64,000 nt of DNA from an uncultured Flavobacteriales bacterium (lineage in GTDB: Bacteria > Bacteroidota > Bacteroidia > Flavobacteriales_D > Crocinitomicaceae). The stretch is taken from assembly GCA_913059205.1 (NCBI GenBank), contig CAJXRM010000001.1, positions 22,636 to 86,635 of the forward strand. The letters are read 5' to 3'. Under the pieces are notes generated by a model, which searched no databases, was not told the origin of the DNA, and saw only the letters and a list, made by a program, of their open reading frames with translations. Shown here piece by piece: positions 34,164-43,884 of this stretch; positions within the stretch are counted from its first letter, which is position 1; every line of letters starts with the position of its first letter. A program made the position numbers and the translations under genes.

Positions 34164-36019
34164 ATTTTAATGAACGGTCTAGAAACAGTTGTTCCATTTA
34201 TTTCTACTTTCAAAATATAACTTCCTGAGCGAAGTTCTTTTACGTTGATCTCTCCATTAGTATAACTGCTACTTTTCAGTATTCTTCCGCTTAAATCAAC
34301 TATTGAATACTGCGTTATTTTCTCTTCTGATTGAAGAACTAACACGTCATTCGTTGGATTAGGATACATCGAAAAATGAATTGAATTCAACTTGTTTGCA
34401 GATAAAGTTGGATTGCTCCCAGGCAAATTTATTTTGGATGGATAAGTACTACTGTGATGTACCGTAATGTTTGCCACGTTTGTATCTCCGGCAACATACA
34501 TTGTTCCGCCGTTTTGAAGATTCACATCCCAACGGTAGGAGCTATTACCTCCAATATAAGCTTTGATTTTATGTCCAACCTCCCAAGTATAATTAGTCAC
34601 TGCCAATTGAACCTGTGCTTGATAAATTGTTCCCGGAGTCATAAACGCTTCGTTGGCTGCGGTATATCCATTTCTGAAACGCATTCGCTTTATTCCATCT
34701 GTAATGAGCATGTTTCTGCCATCCGGATAAACATCGACTAAACGAACAGAAATATCACAATCAGGTTGATCTGCTTCAACGAATAAATCCAAAGTTACAT
34801 TTCCGGAAATTGAAATTTCGCTTGTGGCCGTTGCAGATTCAAATGCAATTATATCACCGCGCGATTCTAACGAAATTTGGTCATATGGACCTTGGTCTAA
34901 AGTACTGTGCAATGTCGCTCCACCAATTGTTGGTGATGGGTTTCGCGGGTCTGAGACAAAACTTGTAGATCCATTTCCTGTAGAATTGGATAATTGATTG
35001 TTTTCGTTTAGAAATAATGCATCATAAGTTGTTACGTCAATTCGTGTTGAATTGGAACTGTTCCAAACATCTTTACCCATTTCGTAGTAAGTAATTAAGT
35101 CTGTGTTATTCCAGTTATTCGGGGAATCCAACAAATAATAATCTAAGAAATCTCTTGCCATTGTATTTGCTACACCTGCAGCATTCGGATAGGAAAGCTC
35201 ACCTTGTAAAGAGCTGCCAACAGTTGCTGCACCGGTTCCACCGTGTACCCATGGGCCTACCAATAACCATTGTTCGTCTTGAACCGCCAATGCAGATGAG
35301 TTACGCGTGGCTTCGTACCAGTCCAACATTTTATCAATGTTATGATCGTACCAGCCACCAATTTGAAGAGTGGGAATAATAATGTCACTAGGATACCAAG
35401 AATTGTTTTCTGAAAATGTCCAGGCTGCACTATAATAAGTGTTTGCTAGAACGATTGGAGATAGACCGTAACCAAGCGCATCCAATTGCTCTAATCGTGC
35501 TTTTTCCAAAGTACCACCGTAATAGTAACCTTCATAATGTTGTTGCGGATGAGCAACTAATGGAACAGCACAGGTGTGATTTGGATGTTGTTCTTTTGCA
35601 GTATTGTATTGTACACCTCCTAAAGCAGAAGGTCCCCACGTTCCAATTCTATCTGCATGCCACAATTGCTGCGTAATCCATTCACAAATATCATAGCCAT
35701 CTTCTCCTCGTGTAAAATTGGATAAATCCGCTCCGCTTGACCCGTAAAACCCTCTCCAATCAACAATTACCCAGATATAAGGTTGTGAATCTAAATTCAT
35801 ACCAATCCCCAACGGCAATGACCATGAAAATAAATCTTTGTTGTAAGGTGTTTGAACTAATATTACTTCGGCTGTTACCGTTGCTGTTGGGATATATACA
35901 TCGGCTTCCAAGTATTCGCCATCGCGCATTTGAATTAATATGTCGTCATACGTGGGTGTCATTTGCGCAATTGCTCCAAAGCCGAAAGTTGCGAAAACAG
36001 AAAGTAGTAGTAGTCTCAT
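34160..36019 (-). CDS. CocE/NonD (S15 X-Pro dipeptidyl-peptidase-like) family hydrolase with T9SS CTD
   Basis: Signal peptide, then VQTPYNKD, DWRGFYGSSG and WGPSALGG serine-hydrolase blocks. The C-terminal tail is FSMYPNPTNDVLVL...GSYILKVE. Confidence 0.7.
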   Translation of the reverse strand: MRLLLLSVFATFGFGAIAQMTPTYDDILIQMRDGEYLEADVYIPTATVTAEVILVQTPYNKDLFSWSLPLGIGMNLDSQPYIWVIVDWRGFYGSSGADLSNFTRGEDGYDICEWITQQLWHADRIGTWGPSALGGVQYNTAKEQHPNHTCAVPLVAHPQQHYEGYYYGGTLEKARLEQLDALGYGLSPIVLANTYYSAAWTFSENNSWYPSDIIIPTLQIGGWYDHNIDKMLDWYEATRNSSALAVQDEQWLLVGPWVHGGTGAATVGSSLQGELSYPNAAGVANTMARDFLDYYLLDSPNNWNNTDLITYYEMGKDVWNSSNSTRIDVTTYDALFLNENNQLSNSTGNGSTSFVSDPRNPSPTIGGATLHSTLDQGPYDQISLESRGDIIAFESATATSEISISGNVTLDLFVEADQPDCDISVRLVDVYPDGRNMLITDGIKRMRFRNGYTAANEAFMTPGTIYQAQVQLAVTNYTWEVGHKIKAYIGGNSSYRWDVNLQNGGTMYVAGDTNVANITVHHSSTYPSKINLPGSNPTLSANKLNSIHFSMYPNPTNDVLVLQSEEKITQYSIVDLSGRILKSSSYTNGEINVKELRSGSYILKVEINGTTVSRPFIKI

Positions 36020-36126
36020 AAGGTTGTGCTTTTATATATCAAGTAAATTTATGACAAAAAATTCGGTTTTCCTTTTTTTTCGAATTACATCCGTTATATT
36101 TACTATTCTTAAAAGAAACCTAACGT

Positions 36127-38046
36127 TTGAAGGAAACATCATTCATAGATCAAAATAAAGAAAAGTGGAATCGCTTTGAAAAACTGTATGAGTCGCAATC
36201 AAACGACCCTGAAGAGTTGAGTGATTTGTACATGGATATAACAGACGATTTAAGCTATGCACAAACGTTTTATAGACGGCGAACAGTTCGTGTTTATCTC
36301 AATCAATTGGCGCAACGTGTTTATACGGGCGTTCATAAGCAAAAGGGTGAATCGTTTAAAAAGTTTTTAACGGTTTGGAAGACCTCATTGCCACTAGAAA
36401 TTTATCGTTCAAGAAAAAACTTGTTGTTTGCCTTAGCAATTTTTTTAGTTTACATGATGATCGGTGTTGCAACGACATACATTGATCCAGATTTTCCACG
36501 TGTTGTATTGGGAGATGGTTATGTCGAAATGACGCTTCAAAATATCCAAGATGGTAACCCTCTCAAAGTGTATGAAACGACGGACCAAATGGCAATGTTC
36601 GTGCAAATTACCACCAACAATATGAAGGTGGCTTTTCTGACCTTTTTTGTTGGATTTTTCTTTACGATTGGAACGCATTTACTGCTGTTTTACAACGGTG
36701 TCATGCTCGGTGCTTTTCAATATTTTTTTCATGCCAAAGGATTATTAATTACCAGTTTTCTTGGAATATGGATTCATGGAGCATTTGAAATTTCTGCAAT
36801 TGTTTTAGCTGGCGGAGCAGGTATTACAGCCGGTAACGGATTGCTCTTTCCAAAAAGCTATACACGAATTCAATCGCTTCAACTTTCGACCAAAAGAGGG
36901 CTGAAAATAATGATGAGTCTAGTGCCTTTTATTATCGCTGCAGGGTTCCTCGAGAGTTATGTAACTGCAAACTATCAAGTTTTGCCCAATTGGTCCAAAT
37001 GGGCGTTGATTATGTTCTCTTTTGCCATCATTTTGTTTTTCTATGTGTTTTATCCGATGTACGTAGCAAGAAAACATCCTGAATTATTGAACAAAGAAGA
37101 AGTTGGAAATTTTACTTTGCGAAAGGAGTTTAATTTTAATAAAATTAGAACTATTGGTGAATTGATTGCCGATGCATTTCGCTTATACCGCGCAGAGTTT
37201 ATTAAGTTCACAAAAATAAATGGTCTAATCGTTTTACCCATTATTCTGATTGTCGTTTTTCTGCAGGATGTTAATCACTTTGAGCTGCAAAAAACAGAAT
37301 ACTATTTTGACTGGGCTAGTCAACTTCAATTTATGATTGGATATGGCTTTTATAGTCTCCAAGACGGAATCGTTTTTGGCCTTTGGACGTTGATTTTTGC
37401 ACTGATTTTCACGTCTGTTTTTTGGAGTGTGTCTACAGTAGGTGAAGCATTTTCTTGGAAAAGTTTCTTTCGTTTTTTAAAACAACGCTTCCTTAGAATT
37501 TGGTTGGGAAATTTACTGTTAGTGCTAACTGTATGCCTTTTACCATATTACTTTTTAATACCCGTTGTGTTTTTATTGCCGTTTTTCTATTTGAATGCAG
37601 CTGCTATGGCACTTTCTCCGTTAGAAAGAAAAGGGAAGTTTGGATTGGGTTTTAGTTATAGTGCAAAGCACTATGGGAAATCGTTGGTGGTTTTGTTGAT
37701 TTTACTTCTTTTAACCGCGATGTTAATGCAACCAATAGGCTTTGTTTTTAGCATTCATCAGGGGTGGACAAATGAGCCACTGGTTCGAGACATTTTGGAT
37801 ATGGCAGCTGATTTTGTGAAGCGTGTTGCACAAGTTTTCGTTCCTGGGGATGAGTACATGGTTTGGAGTAATGGTTTTAGACAGCTGATATACATTTTGG
37901 TGATGTTGGGAATTCTTCCCCTTTTAATTATGACAATGGCTTTAGGTTACTACAACGAAAGAGAAAAAACCGAAGCATTTGGATTACGCAAGGAGTTCGA
38001 AAAATTTGGGAAACGAAGTAGAATTAAAGAAACGTCCGTTGATTAA
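36127..38046 (+). CDS. SpoIIM-like (DUF95) membrane protein fused to a second polytopic membrane domain
   Basis: TTG start. The N-terminus KETSFIDQNKEKWNRFEKL...YAQTFY and the following TM block resemble stage II sporulation protein M-family proteins. Residues from about 340 to 620 add another set of TM helices. Confidence 0.55.
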   Translation: MKETSFIDQNKEKWNRFEKLYESQSNDPEELSDLYMDITDDLSYAQTFYRRRTVRVYLNQLAQRVYTGVHKQKGESFKKFLTVWKTSLPLEIYRSRKNLLFALAIFLVYMMIGVATTYIDPDFPRVVLGDGYVEMTLQNIQDGNPLKVYETTDQMAMFVQITTNNMKVAFLTFFVGFFFTIGTHLLLFYNGVMLGAFQYFFHAKGLLITSFLGIWIHGAFEISAIVLAGGAGITAGNGLLFPKSYTRIQSLQLSTKRGLKIMMSLVPFIIAAGFLESYVTANYQVLPNWSKWALIMFSFAIILFFYVFYPMYVARKHPELLNKEEVGNFTLRKEFNFNKIRTIGELIADAFRLYRAEFIKFTKINGLIVLPIILIVVFLQDVNHFELQKTEYYFDWASQLQFMIGYGFYSLQDGIVFGLWTLIFALIFTSVFWSVSTVGEAFSWKSFFRFLKQRFLRIWLGNLLLVLTVCLLPYYFLIPVVFLLPFFYLNAAAMALSPLERKGKFGLGFSYSAKHYGKSLVVLLILLLLTAMLMQPIGFVFSIHQGWTNEPLVRDILDMAADFVKRVAQVFVPGDEYMVWSNGFRQLIYILVMLGILPLLIMTMALGYYNEREKTEAFGLRKEFEKFGKRSRIKETSVD

Positions 38047-38914
38047 GTCTGTTTTACATATCATAATCGTTATTGTTCCCTTTTTATTGAGTGCGCAAGG
38101 AAAGAAAGAAGCAACTTGGAAAAAGGAAAAAGACTATCTCGAATATAGAAAAACGGATAGTTACGATGGTCCAGAAGATTGGTATGGCTCTTATCCGGCT
38201 AACATGAAGGATGAAAACAATTCATACGGAGGCTCTTCTGGAAACAACAACACTTATCAAGGAATTCAATACACACCTCAACAAATTCAAAAAGACAGAC
38301 AAAAAAGATACAGAGGTTACAACCGTGGAGGTGGACAAGGAACAGTTCCTTATGATCCAAAAGTAAAAGATCCAGATCCAATAGAAATTCCTGATGTTGA
38401 TGCACCGGACATTGATTTACCAGATGTTGATTTGGATTTAGATGCGCCTTCTATTTCTCCAGGAGTATGGAAAATTCTGTTGTTCATTCTTCTTGGAGCT
38501 GCCTTATTGTGGATCGCTTATTTAATTATCAAAAACAAAAAAGCACCAAATACAAAGGTGGTGATAGATGTAGAAGATGATTGGAATCCGGAAATTATCA
38601 CTAAAACAGAACTTGAATTGCGACTTGAAGCAGCAATGCTTGATGAAGACTATAGAGAATGCGTTCGAATTTATTTTACGTTTATTCTGAAAGAGTTGAT
38701 TCGAAAATCTTGGATTTCATGGAAACGAGAAAAAACCAATTACCATTATGTGCTTGAAATGCACAAACGCGAAAATGCCTCACATTTTAATGAATGCGTG
38801 CGCGTTTATGATATTGTTTGGTACGGTGATTACAAAATTGACCGCGAAATATTTGAGCTGTTGCAACCTACGTTTGAAAACTATTACAAATCCTTGGATC
38901 CAGTAAATGAATAA
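38039..38914 (+). CDS. DUF4129-like membrane protein
   Basis: The track ORF starts at 37979, inside the upstream gene. A TTG at 38039 gives (M)IKSVLHIIIVIVPFLLSAQ, a clean signal peptide that overlaps the upstream stop. An acidic/Pro-rich linker and one TM helix follow. The C-terminal helical domain (ECVRIYFTFILKELIRK...TNYHYVLEM...FNECVRVYDIVWYG) is DUF4129-like. Confidence 0.5.
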   Translation: MIKSVLHIIIVIVPFLLSAQGKKEATWKKEKDYLEYRKTDSYDGPEDWYGSYPANMKDENNSYGGSSGNNNTYQGIQYTPQQIQKDRQKRYRGYNRGGGQGTVPYDPKVKDPDPIEIPDVDAPDIDLPDVDLDLDAPSISPGVWKILLFILLGAALLWIAYLIIKNKKAPNTKVVIDVEDDWNPEIITKTELELRLEAAMLDEDYRECVRIYFTFILKELIRKSWISWKREKTNYHYVLEMHKRENASHFNECVRVYDIVWYGDYKIDREIFELLQPTFENYYKSLDPVNE

Positions 38915-40601
38915 ACAAACGAAAATAGGAGTAATCGGAGGGGTCATCATTGCGATGTTCCTACTCGTTTGGTTGTTTTCTAGCGGGGAAAAGGAAAAGA
39001 AGGATAAACGTGCAAAGTTCATTTCTTCTAATTGGAATTCACGTTTTCAAGTGGACGATAAAAAACCAATGGGTCTTTATCTTCTAACTTCTTTAACTCA
39101 GGCGCATTTGGATTCGAACCATCACGTTTCTGTGGTTACAGATTGGATTGATATGGACTCCATTTTTGAAAACGATAAAAGCAAAAAGACCTTTTTCTTT
39201 GTGGGAAATAATTTTGGGTTAAAAAGTGATGAGATTGACACTATATTATCGGAAGTAAAAAAAGGTTCAAGTTTGTTTTTGAGTTTTAACGACTTAACTG
39301 AAAATCTGTTTTCTAAACTGTTTTATGAGTATCAAACAAAATATGAATATGATGATCATGTCAATGTGTTTTCCGATAAGCATAAGTTTAAAATGATTAA
39401 CCTTTTTCAAAATGATACGATAGCCACAGATTGGAAAGCGTTTGAAAAGGTCCAATCTTTAGGTCCACATAAATCACTGTCTTCATTCATGGAAATGTCG
39501 AATTTTATTAAGGTGAAGCACGGTGAAGGCTTCTTGTTTTTTCATTCGAACCCAGAAATGTTTTACAATTACCAATTGAAGCGTTTACCAGGGTTTAAAT
39601 ATGCCGAATTTACCTTGAACCAATTGTCGTCGGAACAAGATGTTTATCTACTTGAATTAGGTCGTTTAACAGATAACTACGGAAATCAAGACGTGGATGA
39701 TGATTCCGGAGAAGATGGAAAGGTGGACGATAGTTATTTTAAACTCATCTTCCAAAATCCAACTTTGCTCACTGCGCTTTTGTTAAGTATTTTGGGAATT
39801 TTATTATTTATCATTTTCCGATCTAAACGAACGGAACCCGTTGTTCCTTATATCGCTAAGAAGAAAGATATGACTTTGGCATTTACAGAGACAATAACGT
39901 CCATTTATTTTGCAAAACGCCATCCTTACGGCTTATTGCAAGTGCAGCGGAAGAATTTTTACGCGACTATCCAAAAGCATTTTTTCATTGATTTGAATCG
40001 TGGATCAGACCACAAAGTTCTGGATGTTTTGTCCGAGAAGTGCAATATGGAGCGCGCAGAAATTGACGAGCTGGTAAATATGCTGGAAACGAAGGAAGCA
40101 TCACAAATTTCAGATCAATATATAACGGATGTTAATAAAAAGATGCATGTTTTTTACCGCAAAATTGGAGTGATTTCGGATAAGCTAAACGAAAAAATTC
40201 AAGCACGCGAAATGGTGTTCAGAAGAGCAATGCTTTTACCAATTCTCTTTGTTTTTTCTGGAATTTCGCTTTTTATTTTAGGCGTTTATTATCTTATGAG
40301 CTCAATAGGTGTGGGAATTTTGTTTTGGCCATTGGGAATTTTACTAGTGATTTTGGGAATTCTCAGAATGTCAAATCCGTACATGAAAGTGAACGCGAAC
40401 TCGATAGAATATTATTCTGCTTTCGGGAAAAAGTATAGTTTTGATAAGGATGATTTAATCTCAACCGAATTGAAAACAAAGGGAGCAATATTGAATTTTA
40501 AAAACAATAAACAGTTGATTATTAATTATTGGGACTTAAGTCGTTTTGATCAAAAGCAATTCAAGCGATTTGTTGCCAAATTTCATAACCTCGAACTATG
40601 A
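38907..40601 (+). CDS. DUF4350-like membrane protein
   Basis: N-terminal TM helix, a periplasmic domain of about 250 aa, a mid TM helix (LLTALLLSILGILLFIIF), a cytoplasmic helical region and two more TM helices. A small C-terminal domain may be PH-like. It overlaps both neighbours (8 nt and ATGA). Confidence 0.45.
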   Translation: MNKQTKIGVIGGVIIAMFLLVWLFSSGEKEKKDKRAKFISSNWNSRFQVDDKKPMGLYLLTSLTQAHLDSNHHVSVVTDWIDMDSIFENDKSKKTFFFVGNNFGLKSDEIDTILSEVKKGSSLFLSFNDLTENLFSKLFYEYQTKYEYDDHVNVFSDKHKFKMINLFQNDTIATDWKAFEKVQSLGPHKSLSSFMEMSNFIKVKHGEGFLFFHSNPEMFYNYQLKRLPGFKYAEFTLNQLSSEQDVYLLELGRLTDNYGNQDVDDDSGEDGKVDDSYFKLIFQNPTLLTALLLSILGILLFIIFRSKRTEPVVPYIAKKKDMTLAFTETITSIYFAKRHPYGLLQVQRKNFYATIQKHFFIDLNRGSDHKVLDVLSEKCNMERAEIDELVNMLETKEASQISDQYITDVNKKMHVFYRKIGVISDKLNEKIQAREMVFRRAMLLPILFVFSGISLFILGVYYLMSSIGVGILFWPLGILLVILGILRMSNPYMKVNANSIEYYSAFGKKYSFDKDDLISTELKTKGAILNFKNNKQLIINYWDLSRFDQKQFKRFVAKFHNLEL

Positions 40602-41713
40602 TGAATGAAGACGTAAATAACCCTGAAGGGAACGAAAACCTGCCTGCCGCGAATACAGAAAACGCCGCATATATGCCAAAGGAACAAGTTCCAGCCGAAG
40701 AAACTCCTGTAACTTCTCAAACGGACACTCCGACTCAATCTTATGGATTTGAACGGCAGAATTCCGATTTATTGTGGATTGCTCAAAAAGTGAGCGATGT
40801 GCGAACGGAACTTTCAAAATTTGTAATTGGACAAACTGAAATGGTCGATTTGTTATTGACTGGAATTTTTTCAAATGGACATATTTTGTTAGAAGGAGTT
40901 CCTGGTGTTGCAAAAACCTTGTCAGCGAAAGTTCTTTCTAAGTCGTTGAATGTTGAATTTGCACGTATTCAATTCACACCAGACATGATGCCTTCCGATG
41001 TGATTGGAACGTCTGTTTTTAACATGAAAGATGGCCAGTTTTCATTTAGAAAAGGACCAATTTTCTCAAATATTGTGTTAATTGATGAAATCAACCGTGC
41101 TCCGGCCAAAACGCAGGCTGCGTTATTCGAAGTAATGGAAGAACGCCAAATTACTTACGATGGAACGCAGTATCCAATGTCATTTCCTTTCTTGATAATT
41201 GCAACGCAAAACCCAATTGAACAAGAAGGGACGTATAATCTTCCTGAAGCACAATTGGACAGGTTTTTATTTAAAATTAAATTGGATTATCCGCAATTAA
41301 AGGAAGAAGAAGAAATTTTGCACCGTTACAAGAATGAAATTAAAACGCCAAGTTTTGATAGCATCGCAAAAGTATTCACACCAGATGAAATTCAAAAGAT
41401 TCAAAATGCGGTTGAAAAGGTAATTGTAGAAGATAATTTAGTGAAATACATTGCTGCAATTACACATAAAACACGTAATCACGGTAAAATTTACTTGGGA
41501 GGATCCCCACGTGCTTCATTGTCAATTATTAAATCTGCAAAAGCTATTGCGGCTATTCGAGGACGTGATTTTGTAACTCCAGATGACATTCAATTTGTAG
41601 CAGTTCACGTTCTAAATCACCGTTTAATTTTAACACCTGAAGCGGAAATGGAAGGTGTTAGAACCGAAGATGTAATACTGGAAATAGTGAAAACAATCGA
41701 AGTTCCTAGATAA
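40598..41713 (+). CDS. MoxR family AAA+ ATPase
   Basis: Walker A LEGVPGVAKT, Walker B VLIDEINRA, then ATQNPIEQEGTYNLPEAQLDRF and GGSPRAS. It carries a low-complexity N-terminal extension of about 55 aa. Confidence 0.85.
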   Translation: MMNEDVNNPEGNENLPAANTENAAYMPKEQVPAEETPVTSQTDTPTQSYGFERQNSDLLWIAQKVSDVRTELSKFVIGQTEMVDLLLTGIFSNGHILLEGVPGVAKTLSAKVLSKSLNVEFARIQFTPDMMPSDVIGTSVFNMKDGQFSFRKGPIFSNIVLIDEINRAPAKTQAALFEVMEERQITYDGTQYPMSFPFLIIATQNPIEQEGTYNLPEAQLDRFLFKIKLDYPQLKEEEEILHRYKNEIKTPSFDSIAKVFTPDEIQKIQNAVEKVIVEDNLVKYIAAITHKTRNHGKIYLGGSPRASLSIIKSAKAIAAIRGRDFVTPDDIQFVAVHVLNHRLILTPEAEMEGVRTEDVILEIVKTIEVPR

Positions 41714-41714
41714 A

Positions 41715-43046
41715 TTGAAGTTTGCCAAAAATATCTATTTGACCAAATGGTTTTTTGCTGCGTTCGTTGCGGTGATTCTCCTGTATGTCTTGGCGTTTAG
41801 CATTCCTTCGCTTGAATTTATTGCAAATGTAGTACTGGCTTCTTTGGTTGGACTGACATGTGTTGATGCTTTAATAGTATTTAGTAGTAAAGAACCGATA
41901 GCAATTGAACGCAAACTGAATAACCGTTTGAATTTAGGAGATGAAAATCACGTGGTTCTTACAATTAAAAACGCGACTGCCCAACCGATTAATTTTTCAA
42001 TGATTGAAGGTTTTCCCGTTGAAATGCAGGTGCGTTCAACAGTGTTTAAAGGAATTGTTGGTTCAGATAGTTCGAAAGATTTTAGGTATAATTTTGTTCC
42101 AAAGCGGAGAGGCGAATTTGAATTCGGTGATGTGTTTGTTATTATTCGTTCAATGTTCTTTTTGGCCTCTCGCCGAATTGATTATCCTTTGAAAGAAACA
42201 GTGCATGTTTACCCGTCAGTTTTGCAAATGAAACAATATGAACTACAAGTGTTTCAACAGCAGAAAACAAGCGCAGGGATAAAGAAAATTCGTCGTTTAG
42301 GAAACAATAGCGAGTTCGAACAAATTAAAAATTACGTTCAAGGGGATGAGCTAAAAACGATAAATTGGAAAGCCACAAGTCGTAGAAATGAGTTGATGGT
42401 AAATCAATATCAAGAAGAAAAGTCGCAGAACATTTATTGCATCATTGATAAAAGTCGTAACATGCAAATGGAGTTTGATGAGCTTTCCATGCTCGATTAT
42501 TCCATTAATTCGAGTCTTGTTTTTTCAAACATCGCGCTGAGAAAAGGAGACAAAGCAGGGTTGATCACTTATTCAGATAAAATTGGAACTATGCTTGCGG
42601 CTGAACGTTCTGGTGGACAGATGCGAAGAATTCAAGAAGCATTATACAATCAAAAAACACAATACAAAGAATCGAATTTTGAATTGCTGTATAATTCCAT
42701 TCGTAGAACAGTTAAATCAAGATCCTTATTGGTGTTGTTTACCAATTTTGAAACTGAATTTGCAATGCGTAGAGCGATGCCATATTTACGTAAACTCAAT
42801 CAAAAACATGTGCTAATGGTGGTGTTTTTCCAGAATAGTGAGTTACAAGAATTGGCATTTCAGCCCTCAAAAACCATTCACGAAGTGTATCAATCTGCCG
42901 TTGCGGAGCGAATGATTTCGATTAAAACAAAAGTAGCGCGTGAATTACGCCAAAATGGAATTCAAACTGTGCTCACCCTCCCAGAAGAATTGTCGATCAA
43001 CACTATCAATAAATACTTGGAGTTAAAAGCGAAAGGGGCGATTTAA
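41715..43046 (+). CDS. DUF58 (vWA-like) domain protein
   Basis: TTG start 2 nt after the MoxR stop. Two N-terminal TM helices, then EFEQIKNYVQGDELKTINWKATSRRNELMVNQYQEE (DUF58 signature) and a vWA-like C-terminal half. Confidence 0.75.
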   Translation: MKFAKNIYLTKWFFAAFVAVILLYVLAFSIPSLEFIANVVLASLVGLTCVDALIVFSSKEPIAIERKLNNRLNLGDENHVVLTIKNATAQPINFSMIEGFPVEMQVRSTVFKGIVGSDSSKDFRYNFVPKRRGEFEFGDVFVIIRSMFFLASRRIDYPLKETVHVYPSVLQMKQYELQVFQQQKTSAGIKKIRRLGNNSEFEQIKNYVQGDELKTINWKATSRRNELMVNQYQEEKSQNIYCIIDKSRNMQMEFDELSMLDYSINSSLVFSNIALRKGDKAGLITYSDKIGTMLAAERSGGQMRRIQEALYNQKTQYKESNFELLYNSIRRTVKSRSLLVLFTNFETEFAMRRAMPYLRKLNQKHVLMVVFFQNSELQELAFQPSKTIHEVYQSAVAERMISIKTKVARELRQNGIQTVLTLPEELSINTINKYLELKAKGAI

Positions 43047-43723
43047 AACTTGGACTTTCTTCTTTTTTTTGATTCATCAAAGATGTTTAGAGCACGCGTA
43101 ATTTTATTGCCGAATTCATCTTTTATTACAATTATGTAACGACCAGGCTCGTAATCTTTGATGTTGAGTAAATAATGGTTGTATCCTTTTTCGCTATAAA
43201 CATTGTCCTTAAACGTATTCGTTCCTGCTTGATTTGTTACCGTAAGTTCGCCATGCGACGAGATCAGCGAATCATATGAGAGCCGAATCTCTTCTTCTAT
43301 TTTTCCCTGAATTGGGATTAATATGAAATTGGCGAGAACTGGTTGGTGAATGTTAATTTCATCTAGAACAGTTTTGGCACCATAAAGATCGATTCGAGAA
43401 ATTCGAAAATATTCATTTTTCGCTTCTACCAAGTTGATTTCTGAAACTGAATAAGTATGTCGTTCTTTATGATTTGCAATGGATTCAACTTGTGATACTG
43501 TTCTCCATTCTTTTTGATCTGTTGACTTTTCAATAATGAAATAATCTCCGCTTTGCTCCGCGTTCACATCCCATTGAAAATGAATAATTTTTGAAGAAAG
43601 GGTTGCTTCGATTGCGATAAAGTCAATAGAAGAGTCTTCAGTGCTATCTATTTCAAAACCATACGCTGTACAGGAAATCAGGCATAGACCAACCGAAATG
43701 AGGATTGTAGAAATTGTATTCAT
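43043..43723 (-). CDS. secreted hypothetical protein
   Basis: Start taken at MNTISTILISVGLCLISC (ATG 43723). It has Ig/Fn-like repeats (FQWDVNAEQSGDYFIIEKSTDQKEW...) and a basic C-terminal tail. Confidence 0.4.
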   Translation of the reverse strand: MNTISTILISVGLCLISCTAYGFEIDSTEDSSIDFIAIEATLSSKIIHFQWDVNAEQSGDYFIIEKSTDQKEWRTVSQVESIANHKERHTYSVSEINLVEAKNEYFRISRIDLYGAKTVLDEINIHQPVLANFILIPIQGKIEEEIRLSYDSLISSHGELTVTNQAGTNTFKDNVYSEKGYNHYLLNIKDYEPGRYIIVIKDEFGNKITRALNIFDESKKRRKSKF

Positions 43724-43884
43724 AATTGACAGAGTTTTAATGGTTACTAAATTCCGTTCTTCTTTCAATTTACAAATATATGCGCGCATAATAAAATAAA
43801 ATTGAAAAGAGTTATTAACAAAGGGTTCTTGATGGTTTGGGAATGATTATTGTAAAGCAAAGACTAATTTTTAATTTCCAATGT

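Noticed and set aside
37979-38038. 5' extension of the DUF4129-like ORF (track start 37979) overlapping the upstream gene by 68 nt
   Set aside because: The extension (MDYARSSKNLGNEVELKKRP) precedes what is clearly a signal peptide and lies wholly inside the upstream coding region. A TTG at 38039 gives a conventional N-terminus and an 8-nt coupling overlap.
38380-38450. Repetitive GAT/CCA/GTT DNA that looked like a tandem repeat
   Set aside because: It is in frame within the DUF4129-like gene and encodes an acidic Pro/Asp linker (DPDPIEIPDVDAPDIDLPDVDLDLDAP). This is coding low-complexity sequence, not a non-coding repeat element.
40596-40913. 105-aa minus-strand ORF at the DUF4350-like/MoxR junction
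   Set aside because: It is antisense to the low-complexity N-terminus of MoxR within a tightly coupled plus-strand operon. There is no support beyond an open frame.
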